Below are positions 1 through 9,719 of a DNA stretch of 64,000 bases, piece by piece. A program made the translations under genes and the position numbers. The number at the start of each line of letters is the position of its first letter. Positions within the stretch are counted from its first letter, which is position 1. Below the pieces are notes generated by a model. That model worked only from the letters and a program-made list of their open reading frames with translations, was not told where the DNA came from and did no database searches. This DNA comes from Amoebophrya sp. A120 (lineage: Eukaryota; Protista; Dinoflagellata). The stretch covers positions 2,284,089 through 2,348,088 of the forward strand of contig CAJINV010000001.1 in NCBI GenBank assembly GCA_905178155.1, written 5' to 3'.

Positions 1-665
1 ACAGAAAGACCAAGTCAAAGTGTAGATCTAGATGCGCATACAATTATACAAATGGAGTTTTGATTCGCTGAGACGTAAATAAGTTTCGCGAACACCAGAA
101 TAAGCTTAAGCAGGAGCTTCAAGCCACGGAATAAACATAAAGATCAAACAACCGACAGCTCAGAGAACCGACGTCGATATCCTCCTCTTTGGAAATAACT
201 GAAGTTGCCATTGCTTCCTTTTCCCGTTGACCAGAAAAAAAGTGCGACGCGACAGCTGTAACCGCGTCAGAAAAACTAGTTCGCGTCTCGCGGAGGGGTC
301 AAAATTGCGCAATATTTTTACGACCCACCCGCGGTCTAGGTCCACTTCCACTTACAATAAAAACCGTCCTCAGTTTAGCATTTCTTTGCAAATTACCTTT
401 CGCGCCGAAATTCAGTAGTCTGTCTTGAAATCCTAGAAAACATCTTTGAAGTCAGCGTGAGCGTTAGCCTAAATCTGTATCAACATTTACAACTGTGCGT
501 CTGCGTTGTTGTTGTTCATTCTTGGCCACGGGGATACTCCAACAAGAGCACTAACCAGGCCACGTCACAACAATAAGGTTGTTCGTTTGGTAGAATGTGA
601 AAAAACCCCGATGTTCTTGACAACTCGAACCAAAGCTGGTGGAGGTTCTTGTTTATTTCGACCGC

Positions 666-3613
666 TTATTCTGGCCTCGCCGGCGGCGGCGTCGTGCTGT
701 CATCTCGGCCGGATATCAAATGTAAAAAATGTCTGGGTCTGGAAGACTCATGCTGTTTTTGCATGACACAGAAGGTCTGGCGTGGAAGCTCTAGCCTCAC
801 AGGTTTCGAGAAGCTTCCGCAATGCCGAACCCGCATGAGAAATCCCCCATTTTGGTGACAGAATGTCCAAGTTGGCAGCTTTTGCTACCTATGCATGAGA
901 GATTTTTCTGTGTTCTAAAATGCGCATCACAAGTTCGGATCCTTCCAGACCCAGACATTTTTGCATTTCATACCGGACGGCCTTGTGACATTCGCGTCCG
1001 GCGCGTTCAGGTCAATCAAATCGACCAGCCTGCCGACCCCCGCCGCTGCCTGCACCTCGGGCGGCAGGATGGTGTCCTGCCGATCCACGACCGCGCTTTT
1101 CCGCAGTTCGGGCGGTATGATCGTGTCCTGCCGCTCCACGCTACTTCGCCGCCCGGCGCTGGATGAAGCTGCGTCGTTGGTAATCAGGTCCGGCGCTGCT
1201 GCATCGCCAGGAGCTTGTTCCACAACATCCTTCGCACGACTAGTACTAGCGGGCGCAGCACCAGGAGCGGCTGCGAGAGGATCTCCCGCTAGTACACCAC
1301 CGCCAGAATCGTTCAAACCGCGAATGGCGTCCGTGCCCATCGTGTCCATGGCGGTTTCCTGTCCGTTGTTCCGTATTGTTTTGGCGGTGAACGCGGACTC
1401 CGCTCCGGGGGAAAGTCCGGCTGGGCCGCCGATGGTGCTGGTTTGCCCCCCGGATTGCTGGAAAACGTTGAAGTCGGTGGGCTGGCGCCGCAGCCGCTCG
1501 ATCTCCGCCTCATCCATCTCAATCACGTTCTTCATCTGCTGCTTCTCCACCTGCTCCTGCTCAAGCACGCCCTGCAGTCTCTTCGTCTCTTGCTCCAAGC
1601 CGACCAGCTTCGCAACCTCACTGTACTGCTCTTGTGCGCGCATATCCATAGGAAAACTGCATCGCACAGGCACAAGGTGAAGACTTTTTGTTTTGAAGCT
1701 AATACATGTTGAGACAACAAAATCTTCTTTCCATATATCTAACCAACCTACAAGAGAACTCGGAAGATCTGGTCCACCTGCTGACAAACTCACTAGTAAC
1801 TCTGTCAAATTTTATAAAACTATCCAAGATTCTGATTTGTTTCATCACGTGTGCGAATACTGTTGTACAATTTTCTACACGGGATAACGCTGGTTCATGA
1901 CGGATTTGTACTTCGCCTGCCACTCCCGGAGTTTCCCGTCCTGGTACTGCACCCGGTCCTTCAGCATGTCGCATTCGGCCTGCAACTTCGACCGCTTGAT
2001 CTCGACCGCGGTTGCCTGGTCCTCGGCAGCAATAGCTTTCATGCGTTCCTTCTCCGCCAGCTCCTCGGAGAGGCGAATGCGCCGCTCCATGCGCTTAATC
2101 TCCGCTTCATCCGCCTTGACCGCACTGCCTGTAGTAGTCGTGTGAGGATTAAAACAGTCGCGTGTTAGAAAAATTTTTTGGTACTAGAAACCCCAACGAT
2201 CCCTTGCCCGCCGGCGTGGTAGCTACTTCAAGACGTACCAACGAAATCCAGTGATTTTTTTCATGATGTTGAACATGAAAATTTCATATCTGCATAAGCC
2301 GCAGATGCAGGTGCAGCCCTTTCTTTACGTGTATTAGAACCACAGCTCTACTACTTTTATCAAAAAAAGTGAGTACTACCTTTCTGCTCGAGTCTGGTGG
2401 TGAGTTCGGTGACCTTCTGCTCGAGCAACCTCTTGTCGTTTTCCAAGTCGTCCAGTTGCACCTCAATCCTTTCCTTGACCGTTTTCCACGCCTGCGCCTC
2501 GCCCTGCCGCTGCATCTCGGCTTCCAGTCTTGCTTTCGTCACGTTCAGCTCGGTTTTCGACCGCCCCGCGGCGGCCGCCTGCTCCTCCATCTCCTGCTTC
2601 AACACGCGCACTTCGGATTCGTACTTCGAGATTTTCCCCTCCAGATTCTGCTTCGCGAGATCCGCCTCGGTGTTTTCCGCCCGGAGCCTCGCCAGCTCGT
2701 CCCGGTACCCGCGGACCTCTTCCGGGGACAGGTACGTGTCCACCTTCATCTGCAGCTCCGTGTTTTTCTTTTTCAATTCCTCATTCGCGCACTCCTTGGT
2801 CTCCACCATCTGCCGCAGCTCGAAAATCTCCTTGATCAAATCCTGCCGCCGCGCCTGCCCGTACTCCGCCTCCAGGTTCTCGTTCGCGGCCTTCGCGCCG
2901 GCGGACAGCAGCTTGAATGGGTCCTCCGCCCCGTCCCACACGTTCTTCACCTCCGCCGGCTCGTTTCCCATGGCGTAGTAGGAGAGAATGTCTCGCTCGT
3001 CGCCGCGGGAAGCGGGAAAGTGGCTCGGGGGGCGGAGCAGGTTGAAAATCCGAATCGCTGTCTCGGGGCCGCTGATCTTGCTCAAAGTCACACCTGGTGT
3101 GCGGGGGAGTTGTATAGGAACGGTTTCTTGCGAATACATCCTAAAATAAATCGAGTTACACGGGCGGTCTCAACACAATCTCAATCTTTTTAATGTTGAC
3201 ATTTCAGTTCTTATCTTTGCAACGTCGTCGTGAATTTTCTTTTATTCGCAGGTTGTGGTTTTGCCTCTCATTTTTTCAAAAAATTGACAACACGAGATTC
3301 TTCTACCGAGTAACTGCTGGTGGCTGCTAACATCCTGCATCCAGCTTGCGGTGAACAAATGGGGTTGTTTGATGTGCTCATACTGCTGCAGCCCTCCCTC
3401 CTGTACCCGCTGCATCAGCCTTATGAACCGGTCTCGTAGCTGCGCGAACGACAGGCCGAGGGCCACGGGAGCGCGCGCGACGGCGGTTTTGTTGGCATCG
3501 GTGTACCCCTGCTGGTTGGTGTCGGAAACTGGCTCGAACTCCACCTTTTTCCCGCCCGAACTCCGGCGGACGCTGCTGTCACCTGGTTGAAGAAAGAAGT
3601 CGAGTTTTTTCAT
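666..3613 (-). CDS. Multi-exon coiled-coil protein of unknown function
   Basis: Joins ORFs 3242-3664, 2360-3139, 1875-2090 and 927-1808. E/K/Q heptad-rich. Removing the introners at 1643-1886 and 714-972 (plus one TSD each) gives MNQR|AQEQY and RPSG|RDDSTTPPPARPE* (stop 668-666). First-intron boundaries are approximate. Confidence 0.7.
714..972. mobile_element. Introner family A (TIR element acting as intron)
   Basis: TIR TATCAAATGTAAAAAATGTCTGGGTCTGGAAG ... CTTCCAGACCCAGACATTTTTGCATTTCATA. 5-bp TSD CCGGA at 709-713 and 973-977. Confidence 0.9.
1643..1886. mobile_element. Degenerate (older) introner
   Basis: TATCC...GGATA ends with a weak TIR (TATCCATAGGAAAACTGCA vs TATCCCGTGTAGAAAATTGTAC). 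Imperfect TSD GCGCA/ACGCT. Removal restores frame NQRAQEQY. Confidence 0.65.
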
Positions 3614-3757
3614 TGTGACCGACGTCGCACGTGTCGTTTTTAGCGTACAAATGAGCGAAAACAAGAACTACTTTCGAAATATTTGCAAGTTGTACAAACA
3701 ACTTGCACAGAGACCAAATCGCCGCCCCGATACACGTACAACACATGGGTGTGGATA

Positions 3758-6296
3758 TCAAATTACCAGTCCCTGCGAACAATGATTCAGAGTAGGTCGA
3801 AAACAACAAGTTATTTTTCCCCGTAGAAGTACCAGGACTACCAGGACACAACTACTTACATCCTTGTCCTTCATCCTCGAAAAAATCATACCAGTACCAG
3901 CTCCTTGATCAGCTGCTATTGTCGCCCCGATGTTGATTGCGGAGTCTTCGGGAATGCCGAGGAATTTGCGAATGTCACGCTTCTACCAAATGCAAAAATG
4001 TCTGGGTCTGGAATGTTGCCGGGTTTGTCATGCATATTTTGCATGACCCAGGATGTCTGTAATGTGCGACCTAGCATCACAGATTTTTAGAAGGCTTCCG
4101 CATGCCTACTCCGTGTGACAAATGCCCTCCCCGCGTAGCGCAAACTAGACTCCTCTTGTTGGTCATGCAATGCAAATTTTTTTCGAGTCCAAAAACAGCA
4201 TGACAAGTTGCAATCTTCCAGACCCAGACATTTTTGCAATCCATAGCTTCAAGCTGTCGCTCGTGCACACCTGCAAGGGCGTCATGCGGTTGATTCCATC
4301 CTGGACCGCGGGGTCCGCACGGTATTTTAACAAAAGCATGGCGCACCTTTTCCGGTTCTCTTCGCAGGCGTAGTGGAGCGCCGTTTTTCGGTACGCGTCC
4401 CGAAAATTCGGGTCGGCGGTGCCGTCGAGGAGCTTTTGGGCGATAATCTCCCCCGCGCCGGACGCGTGCGTGTTCAACACCGCGTAAAAAAGCCCGGTGC
4501 CTGTAGTTTCGTCGGGAGGTTTTATTCGGCTTTCATCCCTAGATGGAAGAAACTCAATTATTTGATGCGCCGTTGTTTTTACATGAATGTAAATGTTGCT
4601 GCCTAGTAAGCAGCGCTATAATCCGAAACTGCAAGAAAGCAGAACGATGCAGCTAAAGCGAGGTGATGCCAGGTTCTTGTACAACTGCGAGTGTTAAAAA
4701 GTATCGATACGCTGGTGTTTGTCGACTGCCTGCAGCAGTTTTGGTTTCCTCGCTAGCAGGTAGTCGATGGACTGCAGACTTTCGGAACAGCACGCGAGAT
4801 GAAAGGCGTTTCTTCCCAACCCATCCGGCAGCTCCGGATTTATGCCGAACTTGAGAAGCATCTGCACCGCTTTCGCTTGCCCGTACTCGCACGCAATGTG
4901 CAGCGGGTTGCGCCCGGTGCGGTCCTGTGAAAAATTGCTCGAGTTTTTGTGAATCGGAAATTGCAGGAGCACCGATGTAGTTCGTTGTTGAAAAGACTGG
5001 ATGGAAATAGAATCCACTTTCACCTTTTATTGATTCGCAGTTTTCTGTCATCATGAGCGAAAAGCTTATGCTTATCCAACATCTCTACGCTAGTACTTAT
5101 CACACCTTCGCATCCATCTCTGCGCTGTGGTCTGCCAAAAGCTGAATGATATCCACATAGCCCTCCTTTGCCGCCATGTGCAGCGCTGTTTTCTTCCCGG
5201 TATCGGTTGCTGTTAGCAGCCGTTATGGATTGCAAAAATGTCTGGGTCTGGAAGGTTGGAACTTGTGATGCTACCTTTGGACTCTAAAAAAAGCTGTATT
5301 GCATGACCAGCAAGAGGAGTCTAGTTTGTGCTACGCGCGGAGGGCATTTGTCATGCGCAGTAGGCATCAGGAAGCCCTCTAAAAATCTGTGATGCTAGGT
5401 CGTGCATTACAGACATCATGGGTCATGCAAAATATGCATGACAAACCCAGCAACATTCCAGACCCAGACACTTTTGCATTTGATAGCCGTCGCACGTGTG
5501 ATACGTTTTTCTGCAACAAGGCTTTTACTCTGGTGTATGGAAGCGTCAGAATCGAAAGTGACAAAATCGAAAAATTTGTGATGCACAAAATCGATGTCAG
5601 TTGGAGCCTCAGTTGGCGCATGACAAACTTCGGGAGCACCCAAATCCAGTTTGTCATGCTGTCTGGGCAAAGAAGACTCCTCCTGTCATGCTACTCTTGC
5701 AGCGCATTGCATACCCCTAAACAGGCTTACAATCGGTCTCATTTGCCTGCTCCCCAATATAGGCCTTCAGTGCCCTACGTTTTACGCATCACAAATTTTT
5801 CGATTTTGTCGATTTCGATCCTGACACATCCATATGGTGATGTCACCCTGTATCACAGCGCGGTGGAAGGCAGGTATCTGGTCGAGGTCTTCGAACCTGT
5901 ATTGCCAGTACCAGTAGTCGTATAGAATAAAGTTTAGTGTGTTGCACAAATTAGTTTTGGTTTCAAAAACTTTAGTGACCGCAGAGTAAGAGTATTGCGT
6001 TGACGTGATAAAAAAACATCCTCAACAAATATGCGAGCCACTATATCACACCTCATCTGCGACTCTTTTTTCTGCAGCCGATCTGTCAACTGCGATCGAA
6101 CATCCGGCGGCAAGTCCTGATTCGTCACCGCTTTCCACTCCTCTTCGAAGGCCGGCATCGAGGCGTTTATAACGGATATTTCTTCCTGCGACAGCGACGG
6201 CACGCCCTTCTTCATGATCCGACTGACCAACCACCGCTCCAGCGTCGCCGCGGGCGGCGGCCGGCTGGATGAAGTTGCCCCGCCAGCCTGGCTCAT
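3758..6296 (-). CDS. Ankyrin-repeat protein (multi-exon, three introners)
   Basis: Spliced reading gives PAFHRAVIQGDITRVKALL, GKKTALHMAAKEGYVDIIQLL, GRNPLHIACEYGQAKAVQMLL and RKTALHYACEENRKRCAMLLL (ankyrin consensus). The 3' end is approximate. Confidence 0.85.
3984..4245. mobile_element. Introner family A
   Basis: TACCAAATGCAAAAATGTCTGGGTCTGGAA ... TTCCAGACCCAGACATTTTTGCAATCCATA. TSD GCTTC. 262 bp. Confidence 0.92.
5224..5485. mobile_element. Introner family A (opposite orientation to 3984-4245)
   Basis: TATGGATTGCAAAAATGTCTGGG ... CCAGACACTTTTGCATTTGATA. TSD GCCGT. 262 bp. Removal gives HVRRLLTATDTGKKTALH. Confidence 0.92.
5536..5834. mobile_element. Introner family B
   Basis: ~49-bp TIR TATGGAAGCGTCAGAATCGAAAGTGACAAAATCGAAAAATTTGTGATGC ... 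GCATCACAAATTTTTCGATTTTGTCGATTTCGATCCTGACACATCCATA. TSD TGGTG. Removal gives QGDITRVKALL. Confidence 0.9.
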
Positions 6297-6439
6297 GACG
6301 GTCAGGCGCCAATAGATTCTTGCACCAGACAAAGCTGGTAGTGGTTGTAAAAGGCCCGAGCTCGGAGCTTGCTACATACTGATAATGTACTGCTCAACGA
6401 AAAAAATGCTCAACACCAGGGACGAGAGAGGCACAAGCC

Positions 6440-7383
6440 GGCGGATTTGAAGATGCAGATTTGAGAAACACGAAAGCAAAGCGCACAAAAAAAAAAGAGA
6501 AAGCGACGCTCTGAGACCCAGAAATCAATGGATTCCGCTCGGGCAAGGTCGTTTAAGGTTTCCCGGGAAACCTTCGGCTTAGCTCGTGCTAAAGTGTGTT
6601 GCAATGCAACCGAAAACGCGGCGCGCGCATGGGCTCCACAGCTGTTTGCGTGCACAACCGCGCCGCGTCTGTGTTGGCGTCTCGTGTGCTTAAATCGCCA
6701 CAGTCGGCTGCGGATTGCGCGCAACCTGGCGGCCCCGGCAAACCGGCGCACATTTTCGCCTGGCCTAATTTGGGCCGCCTCGGAAGGGCTTCCCCCGGTG
6801 CTACGACCCCGGTTTGGCCAGGGGATTTCCCAGAGGACCCGGCAGAGGACCCGAAGATCCTCTCCCGGGTCCTCTGGCCCAATTTGGGCCGCCTCCGAAG
6901 GGCTTCCCCCGGTGGTACGACCCCGGTTTGACCAGAGGACTTCCGAGAGGACCCGGCCGAGGACCCGCAGATCCTCTCCCGGGCCCTCTGGCCCAATTTG
7001 GGTCGCCCCGGCAGGGCTTCCCCCGGCGGTATGGTCCGGATTTGACCAGAGGATTCCCCCGGGGCGCGGGCGGATCCCCCGGAAAGCAGGCGGATTTCCC
7101 TCAGAACAGGCGGATCCCCGGGAAGCGGGCGGATCCCCCGGAGAACAGGTGGATCCCGCGGGAAGCCGGCGGATCCCGCGGGAAGCCGGCGGATCCCCCG
7201 GGCCGGCGAAGGCGGATCCCCGGGGTTTGGGCGGAGCCCCCGGGGAACGGGCGGATCCCCGAGTAACAAGCGGATCCCCTGGGCGAAGGCGGATCCCCCG
7301 TGGAACGGGCGGATCCCCGACTAGCAGGCGGATTTGAAGATGCAGATTTGAGAAACACGAAAGCAAAGCGCACAAAAAAAAAA
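6440..7383. repeat. GC-rich satellite-like insert bounded by ~57-bp direct repeats
   Basis: GGCGGATTTGAAGATGCAGATTTGAGAAACACGAAAGCAAAGCGCACA(n) occurs at 6440 and 7327. Inside are 114-bp units (6761, 6875, 6989) and ~20-bp GGCGGATCCCC-containing tandem units (~7069-7320). Confidence 0.85.
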
Positions 7384-7915
7384 TTAGGCCTCGGCTAATC
7401 CTAAGCCTAAACCGCTCACAAAAAATACCCTTCGTGCTCAACAACTCTCTACTGGCCTCGTCCTCTCACAAAGCCCTTGCTTTGATCCCTCACAGCTGCA
7501 GCTCTCAGTCATCGATTTCAAATTCAAATGCGAGAAGTAAAATAAAACGATACTAAAGCTGGAAACAGAGGCTCGTGTGAAACAAATCATAGTTTCTCTT
7601 TGTTCTGTCATGAGTGGCAGGCTCACGATGCCGTCGTGGTGCTGCAATGGCGGCGGACTTTTCAGAAACTCAAGCCAGATTCGTCTCCTCTTCGGCGAGG
7701 CAAAGGAAGGAGACGATCGTAGTTGCCCATGTGATGTTCATGACCGCACCGGTTTCTTGAAAGAACCTAGATTTTTCGGTAGTTCTTGCTACTAGTACTG
7801 CTAGTCCTAGTGAACTAAAACTGAAATAACTGCCGGGTTTCTTTTTTATTTCAATCTTCGCCTCAACAGACAAGTTCGCAGCAGACTACTTAGAACGTGA
7901 ACGACTTCAGCCGCC

Positions 7916-9208
7916 TCATCCTATCAGCTTCGAGTTAGCCCGGTGTACAGCTTTGACTCTTCTGTGCAGTGTCTCCAGTGTATGAGAGTGCACAACAACT
8001 CCTCCTACCCTTCATTTGAACGGTAACATGATCCACAGCAATTCAATAAAGATGCATGCTTTGCCTGACAAATTCCTACTTAAACTTAGTTTCTATCAGT
8101 ACTGCCTCGCCTTCCCGAAGCTAACAATGCATCTTTTGTAGTGGACACCCGCACCACCCAGCGCCACAGGCCGAAGCTATCATAAAGCTGCGTTCACCTG
8201 TGAGCATTTTGCATGGCAAATGAGAGGGAGAGGGACTTGTGCAACAATGTGATACATCGGCCCCGTGAACGCGTCATTCAGTCGCACGACGACCACCACT
8301 AACCGAATAACCCGCAATACACTCCTCGTGATGTCCACGCTCACTTCGGTTCTCGTGACGGACTTTTCGTCGAACAGGCTGGTGCAGTAGTATTCAGGGC
8401 AAAAGAAAAACTACACCCATCCGTCCCCATCCACTTTTTGCAAGAGACATAATAACACTGCTCTTGAACTTGATGCATGTTTATGTTTTGCATGACAAAT
8501 TGGATGGGGATCAGTGTTTTTTCCTTGTGATAAGTACACCAAGAAATATACGACGTCGGAGAACAGGACGATGAAGAGGTCCAGTTTGTGGAACAAAGAA
8601 TGAAAAAACCGTTTCCCGAACGTGAAAATGTTCACCGCCACTTCCATCGTGAACATGAACAACGTCAGGAGGTCCAGCTCGGAAAACCACGACTCGCCCG
8701 TCGCCGACTCGATCACCAGGCCGCTCAGGGAGCCCACGTCGATCACGACGATGGACAGCACGCAGGCGAGCTGGAAGAAGGAAAAGGCCACGTACTGGTT
8801 GAAAAATACCCGCAGCATCTGATACACTTCTTCCTCCTCCTCCCCGGTCATCCAGCCCGGACTCGTGGGGCTGCCCGCCTCGCCACTTCGTCCCCGGTGC
8901 ACCGGGGACCAGAGCCCCGGGTGGGCGCGCTGGGCGGCGGACTCCCGCCGCCCTCGGGTTTGGCCGTGTAGGTGTCCATTGTCCTCGGTTTGGTCGTCGT
9001 CGTCCTTGGAGCTGCTGACGTTGCCCCTGTTATTTTCATCCCGGGTCAGCTGTCGGCTCGCGGGACCGGACCGGGGGGACCGGGGCAGCGCGAGAGCATC
9101 GTCGTCGAGCAAACGCTGAACAAGGGTGCTGGTGGTGGATATTTCGTTTTGGTTCTTCGTTTTGCGTTCCCGCTCGTCTTGACTGCCGGACATTTCTTGA
9201 AGAAGCAT
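7916..9208 (-). CDS. Voltage-sensor-domain (S1-S4) membrane protein without pore domain, Hv1/VSD-like
   Basis: Four hydrophobic segments: LSIVVIDVG, LFMFTMEVAVNIF, KLDLFIVLFSDVV, and after splicing the S4-like RSVLRVIRLVVVVVRL. Short C-terminus. Start and last exon are uncertain (stop at 7916 or 7890). Confidence 0.65.
7981..8254. mobile_element. Probable degenerate introner
   Basis: TATGAGAGTGCACAACAACTCCTCCTACCCTTCATTTG vs reverse complement of the right end TATCACATTGTTGCACAAGTCCCTCTCCCTCTCATTTG. TSD only 3/5. An alternative left end at 7922 (TSD CATCC/CATCG) also restores an open frame. Confidence 0.45.
8391..8532. mobile_element. Degenerate introner
   Basis: TATT...GATA ends with partial TIR (CCCCATCC/GGATGGGG). 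TSD AGTAG/AGTAC. Internal GCATGACAAA. Removal gives YFLVYCTSLFDEK. Confidence 0.65.
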
Positions 9209-9719
9209 ACGGGGGGAGGGCGGTATGTCGCAGTTATGGGTATAGAAACGGAAGTCGCGATCTGCTATATCCAGAACGCGAAAGAAAACAATGGGCTACC
9301 TCCGCAAAAATTCGTGCAACCTCGGGTAGTTCAAGTTCGTCGTGTACCACTATACGCAGTACATGTACTTAAATGCTAATCGGGGGTAGTGATTACTCGT
9401 GAAAGAATTTCCATTTCCTTGATGGCTTTATCCTGCTCGCAAATAAAAAGTCAGACCCGAAGAAATTTGTCAGTACGAATGAAAAAACGTCGATAGTCCC
9501 TTGTTCTGCAGCGCCCTCCCGCTCTCATTCAAAAAAACAACTGACTCTGGTACTACAGACACTGAAACACGGGTAGCTTTTCGCCTGGAAATTATTCAGA
9601 TTCAGAATCACTGTCCAAGACAGGAAAAATTGCTTCTCTGTGCGTCGTTCCGTTCCCTTCACTTAAATGTCGCTTTCGTTAGGTGTGGTTCTACTAATTC
9701 TGGTCCAAATTCGCCGTCT

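Noticed and set aside
506-1166. Recurrent small ORFs containing CKNVWVWK / LPDPDIFA / KCLGLE / MSGSG throughout the window
   Set aside because: They are translations of the family A TIR in different frames, not a protein family.
2369-3193. Long plus-strand ORFs antisense to host genes
   Set aside because: They are shadow ORFs of GC3-rich minus-strand coding exons.
7069-7320. CRISPR-like array of palindromic repeats
   Set aside because: The ~20-bp units are tandem with no unique spacers, there are no cas genes, and the context is eukaryotic.
6410-7444. Long Gly/Pro/Arg-rich ORFs on both strands (also 11697-12446 and 21401-23369)
   Set aside because: They arise from stop-codon scarcity in GC-rich repeats, overlap in many frames and show no domain.
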